Assembly (NCBI GenBank): GCA_034717975.1
Contig: JAYEMF010000149.1
Coordinates: 7,533 to 63,327 of the forward strand
Length of the DNA: 55,795 nucleotides
Direction: 5' to 3'
Source: Campylobacterota bacterium
GTDB lineage: Bacteria > Campylobacterota > Campylobacteria > Campylobacterales > Sulfurimonadaceae
The notes below the pieces were generated by a model. The model was not told where the DNA came from and made no database searches. It saw nothing but the letters and a program-made list of their open reading frames with translations. A program made the position numbers and the translations under genes. Every line of letters starts with the position of its first letter. Position 1 is the stretch's first letter. Of this stretch, positions 1 to 10,204 are shown in pieces.

Positions 1-576
1 AATGGTAATGTCACCTTCTTGGATGTTTGAAGTTCTGCTCAATGCATCAAAAAAGGGCTTGCCATCCAACCCTTCGACATGGACATTGCCGATTTTGGAG
101 ACGGAAAAGTAGGTATGAAGTGCTGAAGTGAGTTCAAAGGCGTTCTTATCACGATTTATCGTGGTTAAGGCAAGGGTGAGACTGTCACCAACGGTAATAT
201 GCAGATAGAGATCAAAATGATGAGGCCAGAGGGAGAGCGTTTCATCAGAAGTCTGCAGCCGTAAAATAATCTTCGTTTCTTCAGGATCACTGTCGTTGGC
301 ACCGATCAAGTTCCAGAGCATTGTACGGGCGAAGCCGTGTTGAGGCAGAGCAGGGTCAGTGGAGATTCCAAACCATGGCCAACAGATGGGAATACCACCG
401 CGAATTGCCTTGCCAATCTCGAAACTGTTGGCTCTACTGATCCATAAATGTGCCGCTTCACCGGTGCGTTGATAGTGATAGACGTGAGCACCTTGCAGTG
501 CAATTTTTGCCTGAGCCTTTTCGTTGGCTATCTCAATATAGGTAAATCCGTTCTCAAGCTCTTTAAGTGTAATCAT
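1..576 (-). CDS. D-hexose-6-phosphate mutarotase (aldose 1-epimerase family, YeaD-like), 3' end outside window
   Basis: Manual translation from ATG at 576: MITLKELENGFTYIEIANEKAQAKIALQGAHV...KAIRGGIPICWPWFG...QHGFAR...SALHTYF. Start overlaps the stop of the HAD gene. Not in the ORF track. Confidence 0.88.
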   Translation of the reverse strand, partial: MITLKELENGFTYIEIANEKAQAKIALQGAHVYHYQRTGEAAHLWISRANSFEIGKAIRGGIPICWPWFGISTDPALPQHGFARTMLWNLIGANDSDPEETKIILRLQTSDETLSLWPHHFDLYLHITVGDSLTLALTTINRDKNAFELTSALHTYFSVSKIGNVHVEGLDGKPFFDALSRTSNIQEGDITI

Positions 577-1397
577 CACAAGATCGTTTCGAGATACTTC
601 GCAACGGCATCTTCATCGTTGGTATGTGGCAAAATAATGTTGGCAGCCAGTTTGACCTCTTCGATGGCGTTTTGAACAGCAATGGCCTGCCCGGCGAGTT
701 CAAACATCCCAAGGTCGTTGGTACTGTCGCCAAAGACACTCATCCTATCTGTAGCGATTCCAACGTATTCACTTACGGTCTGAAGACCGTGAGCTTTATC
801 GGCAAGAGGGTGAAGCACGGTCAGGTAGTAGCATCCCAGATAGGCTTCAGGTCCGAGTTTAAACTCTAACGAATCACCAAACACCGTTTTAAAATGCTCA
901 TCGAGTTGACGAAGAAGCTTCTCTTCACCCATGTAGACGAGTTTCAGGTTTTTCTCTCTTGCACGGCTGCTCTTTTGCTCCATAAGGTTATCATCCCCCA
1001 GATAGCGTTCGATCAGACGATCCTGATGGGTATTGCGGATGGATGGGTAGACAAATGCTTCATTAAGCTGGTCATCTTCAAGCGAGATGATGACCGGGAA
1101 AATACCAAACTTCGCTCCTTCATCGATCACGGCGTCACCAACCTCCCGGTTGAGGAGCTTCAGGTCAATGATTTTTTTTTCAGGTGTAACGATCATGGCA
1201 CCATCAAGCAGGACCATCGGAGCATTGATATGCAGTGGAGTCAAAAATTGGATCGCTTTTTTATAGCTTCTGGCGGTGGCAACAGAGAGTGTAGTATATT
1301 GCGCTTTACTGTTCCAGGTCTCTATGGTAAAGTCACTGAGTGTGAGATCACTGCGTAAGAAAGTGTGGTCAAGATCGGTAATATAGGCTTGTTTCAT
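576..1397 (-). CDS. Cof-type HAD-IIB family hydrolase
   Basis: DLDHT motif I, ATAR motif II, K...GDSTND motif III/IV. Confidence 0.88.
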   Translation of the reverse strand: MKQAYITDLDHTFLRSDLTLSDFTIETWNSKAQYTTLSVATARSYKKAIQFLTPLHINAPMVLLDGAMIVTPEKKIIDLKLLNREVGDAVIDEGAKFGIFPVIISLEDDQLNEAFVYPSIRNTHQDRLIERYLGDDNLMEQKSSRAREKNLKLVYMGEEKLLRQLDEHFKTVFGDSLEFKLGPEAYLGCYYLTVLHPLADKAHGLQTVSEYVGIATDRMSVFGDSTNDLGMFELAGQAIAVQNAIEEVKLAANIILPHTNDEDAVAKYLETIL

Positions 1398-1513
1398 GTT
1401 CTCTCACAATAAATTAGATGAAGGAATTCTAACATGGTTTACCTATGCGTGAGCTCTCGACTGAAGAGAACTCGGCGTTAGCGTAATTTTAGAGGCTTAG
1501 CTCCTGAAGCGTT

Positions 1514-2092
1514 CTATTTCTTAATGGTTACGACAATGGCACCGCGAAGGTCACCCATTTTGTAACCGGTTGCTTTGTCTTCGGGATAATTGGCTTTGAT
1601 AAAGGAAGCAACTTTAGGGTTTTTGATAGTGCCGTGACATTTCAGACAGACGCCTTTATTGATATTGAGTGGTTTGTAGAATTTGTATGTCTCTGTATCC
1701 ACTTGCTCAACAAGATATTCCGGCAAGATTACATTATTGTCCTGCAGGGTTTGAAATGATGTGAGAATGGCAAGTTCTTGTCTGTTTTCAGCTTGATTGG
1801 CCGGATTACGGTATTTAAGGCTGATACGTTTCACCGTTACACCACTACCTTGTTCAGCACTTACCTGATCTGTCAGTGGGAACGCTCTTGTAGAACAGAA
1901 TTTTGCTGCACCCACAGGCCCTTCGGCTTTCATATGCTTTTTCAGATTGCTACCCAATGTTTTTAAAAGCTGCATAGAGGCTTTCTTCCCTGTTTCGACA
2001 ACAGAAGCGATCTCCTCCTGTTTGCTTTCGTAAGGGTTAGCCATTAATGAGGTTCCGATAAGCAGACCTGCGATTAGGATGTTAGGTTTCAT
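1514..2092 (-). CDS. Periplasmic monoheme cytochrome c (DUF3365/Tll0287-like)
   Basis: Signal peptide MKPNILIAGLLIG, RISLKYRNPAN, CLKCH, GYKMGDLRGA. Start moved to ATG 2092. Confidence 0.8.
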   Translation of the reverse strand: MKPNILIAGLLIGTSLMANPYESKQEEIASVVETGKKASMQLLKTLGSNLKKHMKAEGPVGAAKFCSTRAFPLTDQVSAEQGSGVTVKRISLKYRNPANQAENRQELAILTSFQTLQDNNVILPEYLVEQVDTETYKFYKPLNINKGVCLKCHGTIKNPKVASFIKANYPEDKATGYKMGDLRGAIVVTIKK

Positions 2093-2137
2093 ATATTTCT
2101 CCAAGTTATATTTTTCATAATTATACAATATAAATTG

Positions 2138-3031
2138 CTAATATGCATGTGGATTGTCATTGATTTCTGAATCGTCATAAGGATCCATATGAACAATAAT
2201 GTTGACCTGCTTGTCGGGGAAGAGCTTCTGCAGGTTGAGCTCTATATGGTCGGTGATTCTGTGGGCGTCGAAGAGCGAGATGTCGGTTTCGAAGACGATA
2301 TGCACCGAGATGAAGATAGTTGAACCTGCTTGTCTGGTCTGCAGGAAATGGTAGCCGTCAATATCTTTCTGGGCGCTCAGTAAGGTCTTGATCTTTTGGA
2401 TGTCCTCTTCATCCAAAGCGATGTCGAGCAACATCAAAACACCCTCTTTGATCAACGGATAGGCAGAGTAGATCATATAAATAGCAATGGCGATCCCAAG
2501 GATGGCATCGATAAGATCTTCACCGGTGTACGAGATAAGTCCAAGGGCAAGCAAAACCGCAGCATTGGAGTAGAGGTCGGTCTTATAGTGAAGGGCATCT
2601 GCCTTGATTACCATATTTTGTGTTTTTTTGGCGACCATCTGCAAGAAGATGACGAGTCCGCCGGTGATGACGATGGAGATAATCATCACATAGATCGACA
2701 TTTCAAGATATTGGGTAGATTGACCATGCCATATTTTTTCCAATGCCTGATAGAAGATAAAAAGTCCGGAGATGGAGATAATGGTACCTTCAATGACAGC
2801 GGCAAGCGGTTCAAGTTTGGAACGACCGAAGTTAAACTGCTCATCGGGTGCTTTTTCCGCATTGTGCAGGGCAAAAAAGTTAAAAATGGAGATGGCAACA
2901 TCCAAAAATGAGTCGATGGCTGATGCCAGTACGGCGACTGACCCGCTCATAATACCGACAGCCATTTTGATAACAACTAAAATCGAGGCAACAGTGGTGG
3001 AGATAACGGTGGCTTTTTTCTCTATACGCAT
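2138..3031 (-). CDS. fieF: Cation diffusion facilitator transporter (FieF/YiiP-like)
   Basis: SAIDSFLD, KADALHYKTD, C-terminal HMDP, six hydrophobic segments. Confidence 0.85.
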   Translation of the reverse strand: MRIEKKATVISTTVASILVVIKMAVGIMSGSVAVLASAIDSFLDVAISIFNFFALHNAEKAPDEQFNFGRSKLEPLAAVIEGTIISISGLFIFYQALEKIWHGQSTQYLEMSIYVMIISIVITGGLVIFLQMVAKKTQNMVIKADALHYKTDLYSNAAVLLALGLISYTGEDLIDAILGIAIAIYMIYSAYPLIKEGVLMLLDIALDEEDIQKIKTLLSAQKDIDGYHFLQTRQAGSTIFISVHIVFETDISLFDAHRITDHIELNLQKLFPDKQVNIIVHMDPYDDSEINDNPHAY

Positions 3032-3121
3032 GGACGGATTTTAGCGAAAGATAGATAAAATTCACTAGACTTTCGCAAGTGGTCTAATAAAGGTGCCCTA
3101 AATATTATTGGTCAAATAGTC

Positions 3122-3143
3122 ATTTCTGCCTTCGCAGGAAAGA
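3122..3143. repeat. Degenerate single REP-like arm
   Basis: atttctgccttcgcaggaaaga matches the arm at 21593-21614 at 20/22 positions. Confidence 0.55.
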
Positions 3144-3169
3144 TCGATTATAAACAGTGAGGATCAAAC

Positions 3170-4063
3170 GTGGATTTAGAAGTTGTTCGTCGTGAGCGTG
3201 AGAAGTGGATGACGTGGAAAAATATTGCTCCGCTTCGTGAGGCGCTTGCATCACTGCAAGAGATCGATACGACTGTCGATTTGGACAATACAGTTACGTT
3301 GAAAAGTGAAACAGCGATCGATATGGATCATCTCACATCTGTCGCCAGGATGATGATGCCGTGGCGGAAAGGGCCGTTTGATCTTTTTGGACTCTTTATC
3401 GATACCGAGTGGCGCAGTGATCTGAAATATAATCTTTTGCGTCCCCACTTTAATCTTAAAGGCAAGCGTGTCGCTGATATTGGCTGCAACAACGGCTATT
3501 ACCTTTTCAGGATGCAAGAGGATGAGCCTGCCAAACTGGTTGGATTTGACCCTTCGGCCATCTATAAAACCCAATTCGATTTTATTAACCATTTTGCTAA
3601 AACTGCCATCGAGTATGAACTGCTGGGTGTGGAACATCTTCCCTTTTATGAGGAGAAGTTTGACATGATCTTCTGTCTGGGGGTTCTTTATCATCGCAGT
3701 GATCCGGTGATGATGCTGAAAGCACTTTATAAAGGCCTGGAAAAGGGCGGTGAAGTTATTTTGGATACTTTTATGATCGATGGTGATGAAGAGATCTGTT
3801 TGAGTCCCGCAGGGAGTTACTCCAAAATACCAAATATCTATTTCGTTCCAACGGTGAAAGCCCTTGAAAACTGGTGCCGACGTGCAGGTTTTGATACCTT
3901 TGAAGTGTTGGCAATAACGACAACGACAGAAGAAGAGCAACGAAAAACAGAGTGGATCGAAGGCCAAAGCCTTGAAGATTTTCTCGATCCGGACGATAGT
4001 AGCAGAACAGTAGAAGGTTATCCGGCACCAAAACGGGTCTATGTAAAGCTAACGAGGGAGTAA
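3170..4063 (+). CDS. cmoB: tRNA 5-carboxymethoxyuridine synthase CmoB
   Basis: PWRKGPF, IDTEWRSD, DIGCNNGYY, GVLYHR, TVEGYPAP motifs. Confidence 0.93.
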   Translation: MDLEVVRREREKWMTWKNIAPLREALASLQEIDTTVDLDNTVTLKSETAIDMDHLTSVARMMMPWRKGPFDLFGLFIDTEWRSDLKYNLLRPHFNLKGKRVADIGCNNGYYLFRMQEDEPAKLVGFDPSAIYKTQFDFINHFAKTAIEYELLGVEHLPFYEEKFDMIFCLGVLYHRSDPVMMLKALYKGLEKGGEVILDTFMIDGDEEICLSPAGSYSKIPNIYFVPTVKALENWCRRAGFDTFEVLAITTTTEEEQRKTEWIEGQSLEDFLDPDDSSRTVEGYPAPKRVYVKLTRE

Positions 4064-4065
4064 GT

Positions 4066-4536
4066 GTGGCAGAAGAAAATATAGCAGCTGAAGAAGTAGT
4101 TGAGGAAGAGATAGAAGAGACGGTCTACCTACGAACCCATGAGTTGATTAACCACTCATTGAGTGGTGATATCGAAAAACTTGAAAAAGGGTATGCCAAA
4201 ATACATCTTATTACTAATGAAGATATGCGTGCGGATGAAGTGGGACTTGTTCATGGCGGCTTTATCTTCAGTGCGGCAGATTTTGCGGCAATGGCCGCCG
4301 TCAATGAGCCAAATGTTGTTTTGTCTGGTTGTGAATGTCAGTTTTTAGCGCCTGTCCGTGTGGGGGATGAAGTGACCTTTGAAGCCAAAGTACGTCATAA
4401 AGAGGGACGAAAGCGTAATGTTGTCGTTACGGCATATGCTTATGACATTAAAGTGTTCGAATCGGAGTTTAAGACGGTTGTTACTGAACGGCATGTTCTG
4501 AAACTTTCATTGCTGAATGAGGAGGATGAAGCGTAG
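4066..4536 (+). CDS. PaaI-like hotdog-fold thioesterase
   Basis: GLVHGGFIFSAAD motif. Confidence 0.8.
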   Translation: MAEENIAAEEVVEEEIEETVYLRTHELINHSLSGDIEKLEKGYAKIHLITNEDMRADEVGLVHGGFIFSAADFAAMAAVNEPNVVLSGCECQFLAPVRVGDEVTFEAKVRHKEGRKRNVVVTAYAYDIKVFESEFKTVVTERHVLKLSLLNEEDEA

Positions 4537-4542
4537 AGCTCT

Positions 4543-5136
4543 TTAAATCGACCTGATCCAATAATCTGCATTCAGCTGTTCACGTGCAATAGTTGTAGAA
4601 CCTCCATGCCCCGGAAAGACAGTCTTGTCATAATCAATAAGCTTGAATCTGGCAAGGCTCGCTTTCATATCTGCTGGACTTGAAGAGGGAAAGTCAACCC
4701 GTCCGATGGACTGCTCAAAGATAAAATCCCCGCTGAACATAGCATCACCGATCTCGATGGTTGAACAGCCCGGACAGTGCCCGGGAAAGTGACGAAATTT
4801 TACTTCGATCCCTTCGATATCGAGTGTAGTGTCACCTTCAATCTCAACATCAGGATAAGATGGCGGCAGGTCTGGCATATAGCTGCTGTTGGTCAACATA
4901 GGTATGTCGCCTTTTGGTGTGTAAAGAGGTACGTTTAGATCCTCTTTGAGCTCTTGATTGCTCCAGACGTGATCAAAATGGCCATGGGTGTTTAAAATGG
5001 CAACAGGGTTTGTTACATTGGCTTTGACCCACTCTGTAGCGCCGACACCCGGATCGATGATAATATCTTTGCCGTCGACGGTGACGATATAGCAGTTGGT
5101 CTGGTACATTCCCATTGGTTGTCGTTTGATCTGCAT
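4543..5136 (-). CDS. MBL-fold metallo-hydrolase (glyoxalase II-like)
   Basis: THGHFDH, PGH, GD, PGHG. Confidence 0.88.
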   Translation of the reverse strand: MQIKRQPMGMYQTNCYIVTVDGKDIIIDPGVGATEWVKANVTNPVAILNTHGHFDHVWSNQELKEDLNVPLYTPKGDIPMLTNSSYMPDLPPSYPDVEIEGDTTLDIEGIEVKFRHFPGHCPGCSTIEIGDAMFSGDFIFEQSIGRVDFPSSSPADMKASLARFKLIDYDKTVFPGHGGSTTIAREQLNADYWIRSI

Positions 5137-5184
5137 AATAGTTTGTACGTCCTCTTTTTTGGTTAACTTTGATTAGAATTATAC

Positions 5185-6000
5185 ATGGACTTTTTTAGAA
5201 TTCTGCATACAATCTTAACAACACAGCTCCCTTCAGAAAAAATTGCCCGCTTTAAAACGTTTTATGAAGCTTACAAGAGAGGTGATGTCTCTTTCGAAGA
5301 GAACTATCTACCCGCCTGTTTTGATCACCCCTCATATAGTGGTTTTTGTAAAATTGTAGCGCCTCAGGCTGTTCCAAAGCGAAAGAATCTGGCTCAGAAA
5401 GCGGGACAGGTTCTGCTTCTGCATGCGATTGCCCATATCGAGTACAGTGCGATTGATCTCGCTCTTGATCATGCTTACCGGTTTACCGATATGCCAAAGG
5501 CCTATTATGATGAGTGGCTGGAAGTGGCTGATGATGAGATCCGTCATTTTGAGATGATCGAGGGGTTGTTGAAAGAGTTAGGGAGTAGATATGGCGAAGT
5601 GGAGGTACATAACGCACTTTTTGAGGCATCACAACGTACACACTCCCTGCTTGAACGGATGGCGGTCGTACCTCGTTTCCTGGAAGCCAATGGACTCGAT
5701 GCCACGCCGGAGATCGCTACACGGTTAAAAAGAGTGCCTCAAAGCGAGATGATCGATAAAATTCTGGCGGCACTGGATGTGATCGTCGAAGAAGAGGTCG
5801 ATCATGTCTTGAAGGGCGATCGCTGGTTTAACTATGCATGTGAACGAGAAGGGGTAGATCGGTCGGTCTACTTTGACATAATCGAAAAGTATTATCCGGA
5901 GAGTTTCCCCCGGCAAAAAGGGCTGAATGTAACTGCCCGTAAAGAGGCCGGTTTTAGCTGTGGCGAACTCAATAAGATGTCAGTAAATAAGGTGTGCTAA
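5185..6000 (+). CDS. Ferritin-like domain protein (DUF455)
   Basis: HAIAHIE, DEIRH, LEANGLD, EEVDHV di-iron motifs. Confidence 0.85.
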   Translation: MDFFRILHTILTTQLPSEKIARFKTFYEAYKRGDVSFEENYLPACFDHPSYSGFCKIVAPQAVPKRKNLAQKAGQVLLLHAIAHIEYSAIDLALDHAYRFTDMPKAYYDEWLEVADDEIRHFEMIEGLLKELGSRYGEVEVHNALFEASQRTHSLLERMAVVPRFLEANGLDATPEIATRLKRVPQSEMIDKILAALDVIVEEEVDHVLKGDRWFNYACEREGVDRSVYFDIIEKYYPESFPRQKGLNVTARKEAGFSCGELNKMSVNKVC

Positions 6001-6102
6001 ATTGCTTTTTATCTAACAAATCAATTATTATTTTCAGTTTAGTTACAAAAGTTAGATATAATCTATTCAGTTAAATTACAATTTAGGTTTAGGATCTTTT
6101 CC

Positions 6103-6903
6103 ATGAGTAAATACAGTGCTGTTTCAGACTATCTTATCCGTTTTCTGGATGATGAGGTACGTAAAACCGGTCTGAACAATGTGGTTGTCGGACTCAGTGG
6201 CGGGATCGACTCTGCTGTTGTGGCAGTCTTGGCCTATCATGCTTTTGGTGACAATCTGCTCTGCGTCAAGATGCCTTCGCACTACTCTTCGCAAAGCAGT
6301 CTGGATGATGCGGATGAGCTTGTTGCGAAGTTTGGCATGCGGGCTGTAACCAAAAGTATCGAGCCACTGTTAAAAGCGTATGAGAACGAAGCGATGGATA
6401 ACCTTCGCAAAGGTAATTTTTCTGCCCGTATGCGTATGGCAACACTCTTTGATGTTTCGGCGGAAGAGGGTGCACTGGTGCTGGGTACCAGTAACAAAAG
6501 CGAATTGATGCTGGGATACGGCACGATTTTCGGTGATCTGGCCAGTGCGCTCAATCCCATAGGCGACCTCTATAAGACCGAGGTCTTTGAACTTGCAAGA
6601 TATCTTGGCGTACCTGATTCAATCATCGATAAACCACCTTCAGCCGACCTGTGGGCAGGGCAGAGCGATGAGGATGAACTGGGTTACAGCTATGCAGAGC
6701 TTGATGCGGTTCTTAAACGTTATGTCGAGGAGCGTGCATCCCGTGAAGAGCTCATAAGTGAGCATTTTGAAGAGGCGTTGGTCGATATGATTATCACAAG
6801 AATCTATCGCAACCAGTTTAAAAGAAAGATGCCGGTCATTGCGAAACTGACATCGCGAACGATCAATCACGATTTTAACTATCCCAGAGATATAACTCTA
6901 TAG
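6103..6903 (+). CDS. nadE: NH3-dependent NAD+ synthetase
   Basis: SGGIDS PP-loop, GTSNKSE, KPPSADL. Confidence 0.95.
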   Translation: MSKYSAVSDYLIRFLDDEVRKTGLNNVVVGLSGGIDSAVVAVLAYHAFGDNLLCVKMPSHYSSQSSLDDADELVAKFGMRAVTKSIEPLLKAYENEAMDNLRKGNFSARMRMATLFDVSAEEGALVLGTSNKSELMLGYGTIFGDLASALNPIGDLYKTEVFELARYLGVPDSIIDKPPSADLWAGQSDEDELGYSYAELDAVLKRYVEERASREELISEHFEEALVDMIITRIYRNQFKRKMPVIAKLTSRTINHDFNYPRDITL

Positions 6904-6920
6904 TAAGAAAGGAGTAGAAA

Positions 6921-8045
6921 ATGAGTATGGAAATCCCTTTTTACCGATCAGAGATCGGCGGAGACGACAGAGATAAACTTGATGATGTCCTCGATGGCAA
7001 TATTGATGATGCCGTTGAGGATCTGGAATCAGAGTTTGCTTCATACGTGGGAGCCTCTTATGCTCTCTCAACCTCTAACGGGACGGCGGCACTTCACCTT
7101 GCTATGCTCGCCATCGACCTTAAACGCGGGGATAAGGTACTCTGTTCCGTCAATGCGTTTCCGGCGATTCCGGAAGTCGTTCGTCATTTTGATGCGGAGC
7201 CGATTTTTGTTGATATTGATGAAGAGACCTTCAATATCGACCTCAATAAGCTTGAAGCCTATCTTGAAGATAATGATTCGAAAAAGCTCAAAGCAGTGAT
7301 AGTCTCACACATAGCTGGACAGTCGATTGACCTGGAACGTCTCTATCACATCGCGCAGATCTATAATGTCAAGATCGTTGAAGATGCGTGCAATGCGCTC
7401 GGTGCGACCTTTAATGGTGAGAAGATCGGTTCAACGGGGGCAGATATCACCTGTTTCAACTTCAGTCCGCATCTGAAAAAAAGCGTCTGTAACGGCGGGA
7501 TGATGGTCACCAATGATGAAGATATCATGGAACGTGCCAGATTACTGCGATCTCATGCGATGGTGGCCAATGAATCCGGTTTGGATTATATTTATGATGT
7601 TGTCGATATCGGAAGCAAATATACGATGAGTCAGCTTGACGCGGCATTTTTCTCAGGGCAGGTGGCAAAATGTGATGAGGATATCGAACGCCAAAAAGAG
7701 ATTGCAGCGCGTTATAATGAACGGCTGAAGGGAGTGCTGCATGTTTCACTCCCGATTGTTCAACAGGATCATATTTTTTCGCTTTATGTGATCAAGATCG
7801 ATAAAAACCGCGACTCCTTTGCCCGTGTACTGCTTGAGCATGGTATTACGACGGGACTTCACTATATTCCGCTGCATCTCATGAGCTATTATAAAGCCAA
7901 GTATGCATTGCGCATCAATGATTTTCCTGTAGCGTTACGCAACTATCAGCAGATATTGTCACTTCCGATTTATGCCGCGATGAGTGATGAAGAGGTTGAG
8001 TATGTGTGTGACAAAGTGATCGAAGTCGCCAAGACAAGGGTTTAA
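6921..8045 (+). CDS. DegT/DnrJ/EryC1/StrS aminotransferase-family protein, atypical PLP-lysine region
   Basis: SNGTAALHLA, IVEDAC, HYIPLH, LSLPIY. Confidence 0.8.
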   Translation: MSMEIPFYRSEIGGDDRDKLDDVLDGNIDDAVEDLESEFASYVGASYALSTSNGTAALHLAMLAIDLKRGDKVLCSVNAFPAIPEVVRHFDAEPIFVDIDEETFNIDLNKLEAYLEDNDSKKLKAVIVSHIAGQSIDLERLYHIAQIYNVKIVEDACNALGATFNGEKIGSTGADITCFNFSPHLKKSVCNGGMMVTNDEDIMERARLLRSHAMVANESGLDYIYDVVDIGSKYTMSQLDAAFFSGQVAKCDEDIERQKEIAARYNERLKGVLHVSLPIVQQDHIFSLYVIKIDKNRDSFARVLLEHGITTGLHYIPLHLMSYYKAKYALRINDFPVALRNYQQILSLPIYAAMSDEEVEYVCDKVIEVAKTRV

Positions 8046-8053
8046 CCATAGGT

Positions 8054-8953
8054 TTGCATCGATGGGGTGAACAGTATCTCTATTCGCCTACTCTTTTTCA
8101 GAAGATCATTTCACTGATCCTGTTACCGTTAAGCTGGCTCTACTGCGGTGTGATGTATCTGCGTTATTTGCGGATGAAGCCGCTGGAGTTTTCCATCCCG
8201 GTAGTAAGTGTTGGAAACCTCACTGTCGGTGGCAGCGGAAAAACTCCGCTTGTTACAGCTTTAGCCCGAGACTATAAGCGACCGGCTATTTTACTGCGTG
8301 GCTATGGTCGTCAGAGCAAGGGAGTGGTGATCGTCTCAGATGCCGGTGATATCCAGTGTGATGTCACTCAGAGTGGTGATGAAGCGATGATCTATGCCCA
8401 TAAGCTTTCCCATGCGGTTGTGATCGTCAGTGAGTGTAGAGAGTGTGTCATCGGTCTGGTAGAGCAGATGGGCTGTGATGTACTCTTTCTGGATGATGGA
8501 TACAGTAAGCATCGTATCAGGAAACTTGACCTGCTTATTGATGTCCAAACGACCAATAGTGCCTGTCTTCCTTCCGGTCCTTACCGTGAAAGGCTCTGGA
8601 GTGGTAAAGAGGCGGTTATGCTACGTGAAGGTGAAGCTTTTAAACGTCTGACAGAGTTGAAAGACCCAACCTCGAAGATGGTGCTTGTGACGGCCATTGC
8701 CAGACCCGAACGCTTAGACCCGTATCTGCCGGAAGTTGTCGGCAAATATTATTTTAACGACCACTACTTCTTTACGCGTGCAGAGCTGGAGGCTATTTTA
8801 GAAAAGAGCGGGGCGGAGTCACTGCTGGTGACCTATAAAGATTATGTGAAGATGGCCGATTTTGGGCTGCCTATATCGCTCCTTGACCTTGATCTTGAGT
8901 TGAGTGAGACATTGATAGAAACAGTAGAAAAGTATGTAAAAGGTAATAGATGA
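8054..8953 (+). CDS. lpxK: Tetraacyldisaccharide 4'-kinase
   Basis: VGNLTVGGSGKTP, RGYG, GDE, LDDG, LPSGPYRE, VTYKD. Confidence 0.92.
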   Translation: MHRWGEQYLYSPTLFQKIISLILLPLSWLYCGVMYLRYLRMKPLEFSIPVVSVGNLTVGGSGKTPLVTALARDYKRPAILLRGYGRQSKGVVIVSDAGDIQCDVTQSGDEAMIYAHKLSHAVVIVSECRECVIGLVEQMGCDVLFLDDGYSKHRIRKLDLLIDVQTTNSACLPSGPYRERLWSGKEAVMLREGEAFKRLTELKDPTSKMVLVTAIARPERLDPYLPEVVGKYYFNDHYFFTRAELEAILEKSGAESLLVTYKDYVKMADFGLPISLLDLDLELSETLIETVEKYVKGNR

Positions 8954-9801
8954 AAACAAAGATGGATACGGTAAAGACGCTGCTTGAGGCACTGCCCTTT
9001 ATTAAAAAGTTTAAAAACGAGATCGTGGTGATCAAATACGGCGGATCGGCACAGTCGTCGCCAGAACTTAAAGCAAAGTTTGCTGAAGATATTTTACTGA
9101 TGTATCTGGTCGGATTGAAGCCGGTTGTCGTGCATGGCGGCGGTAAAAGAATTACCGAGATGCTTGATGCACTCAATATCGCGACAGAGTTTATTGATGG
9201 TCAGCGTGTTACATCGCCTGAAGTGATGCGGATCGTCGAGATGGTACTGTGTGGCGAGATCAACAATGAGATTGTTTCACTGCTTAACTCTCATGGTGCC
9301 AAAGCATTCGGTCTAAGCGGAAAAGATGCCCATTTTATTTGTGCTGAGCCAAAAGAGCATGCCAGATGGGGCTTGACAGGGAGTATTGTCGGTGTGAATG
9401 CCGATGTGGTGCATAAGATGATCAAAGAGACCTTCGTTCCGGTGATCGCACCGATTGCAGCAGGCAGTGAACTTGGACATCCGGGTTACAATATCAATGC
9501 TGACCTGGCTGCATCAAAAATTGCCATAGCATTGGATGCCAACAAAGTGATCTTTATGACAGATACTCCGGGTGTCCTGGATAAAGAGGGAACCCTTATC
9601 TCATCATTGACGGAAATGCAGATCGAAAGCCTTAAAGAGGATGGTACGATCCACGGCGGGATGGTTCCAAAGGTGGATGCCTGTCTGGAAGCCATTGATG
9701 GCGGCGTTCAAAAAGCGCATATCATTGACGGACGGATCGAGCATTCGATGCTCCTGGAACTCTTTACCTCTGAAGGGGTAGGGACAGAGATAACTCTATA
9801 A
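8950..9801 (+). CDS. argB: Acetylglutamate kinase
   Basis: VIKYGG, VHGGG, NINAD, GGMVPK. Confidence 0.95.
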   Translation: MKTKMDTVKTLLEALPFIKKFKNEIVVIKYGGSAQSSPELKAKFAEDILLMYLVGLKPVVVHGGGKRITEMLDALNIATEFIDGQRVTSPEVMRIVEMVLCGEINNEIVSLLNSHGAKAFGLSGKDAHFICAEPKEHARWGLTGSIVGVNADVVHKMIKETFVPVIAPIAAGSELGHPGYNINADLAASKIAIALDANKVIFMTDTPGVLDKEGTLISSLTEMQIESLKEDGTIHGGMVPKVDACLEAIDGGVQKAHIIDGRIEHSMLLELFTSEGVGTEITL

Positions 9802-9811
9802 GTTAAGCATT

Positions 9812-10132
9812 ATGCAGCCAATAATAGTTTATTGTACTGTCCCTGACACTCAAACCGGCAAAGAGATAGCTACAGCAGTGGTTAAAGAGGGACTCTGTGC
9901 CTGTGTTAACCAGGTTCCATCCGTCACCTCCTACTACATCTACGATGATGCGTTCAACGAAGAGAGTGAAGAACTGCTCATCATCAAAACCGACATCTCT
10001 CACTTCGAACAATTGAAAAACCGTATTATGGAGCTTCATCCTTATGAGGTTCCCGAAATCATAGCATCGGATATAACCAAAGGAAGCAAACCCTATCTGC
10101 AGTGGCTTGGAGATGCCTTAAAACCGCTATAG
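9812..10132 (+). CDS. cutA: Divalent-cation tolerance protein CutA
   Basis: LCACVN, LLIIKT, HPYEVPEI. Confidence 0.9.
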   Translation: MQPIIVYCTVPDTQTGKEIATAVVKEGLCACVNQVPSVTSYYIYDDAFNEESEELLIIKTDISHFEQLKNRIMELHPYEVPEIIASDITKGSKPYLQWLGDALKPL

Positions 10133-10204
10133 TCTCATATATTTTAATCCTCTGTTTCTTTTTTTATGACTATAATCTTTTCAAATAGAGTGAAAGGATC
10201 TTTT

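Noticed and set aside
3251..3967. Long antisense ORFs (this one, 18623-19240, 25013-25600, 26581-27165 and others)
   Set aside because: They are shadows of well-supported genes on the opposite strand and have no recognisable motifs.
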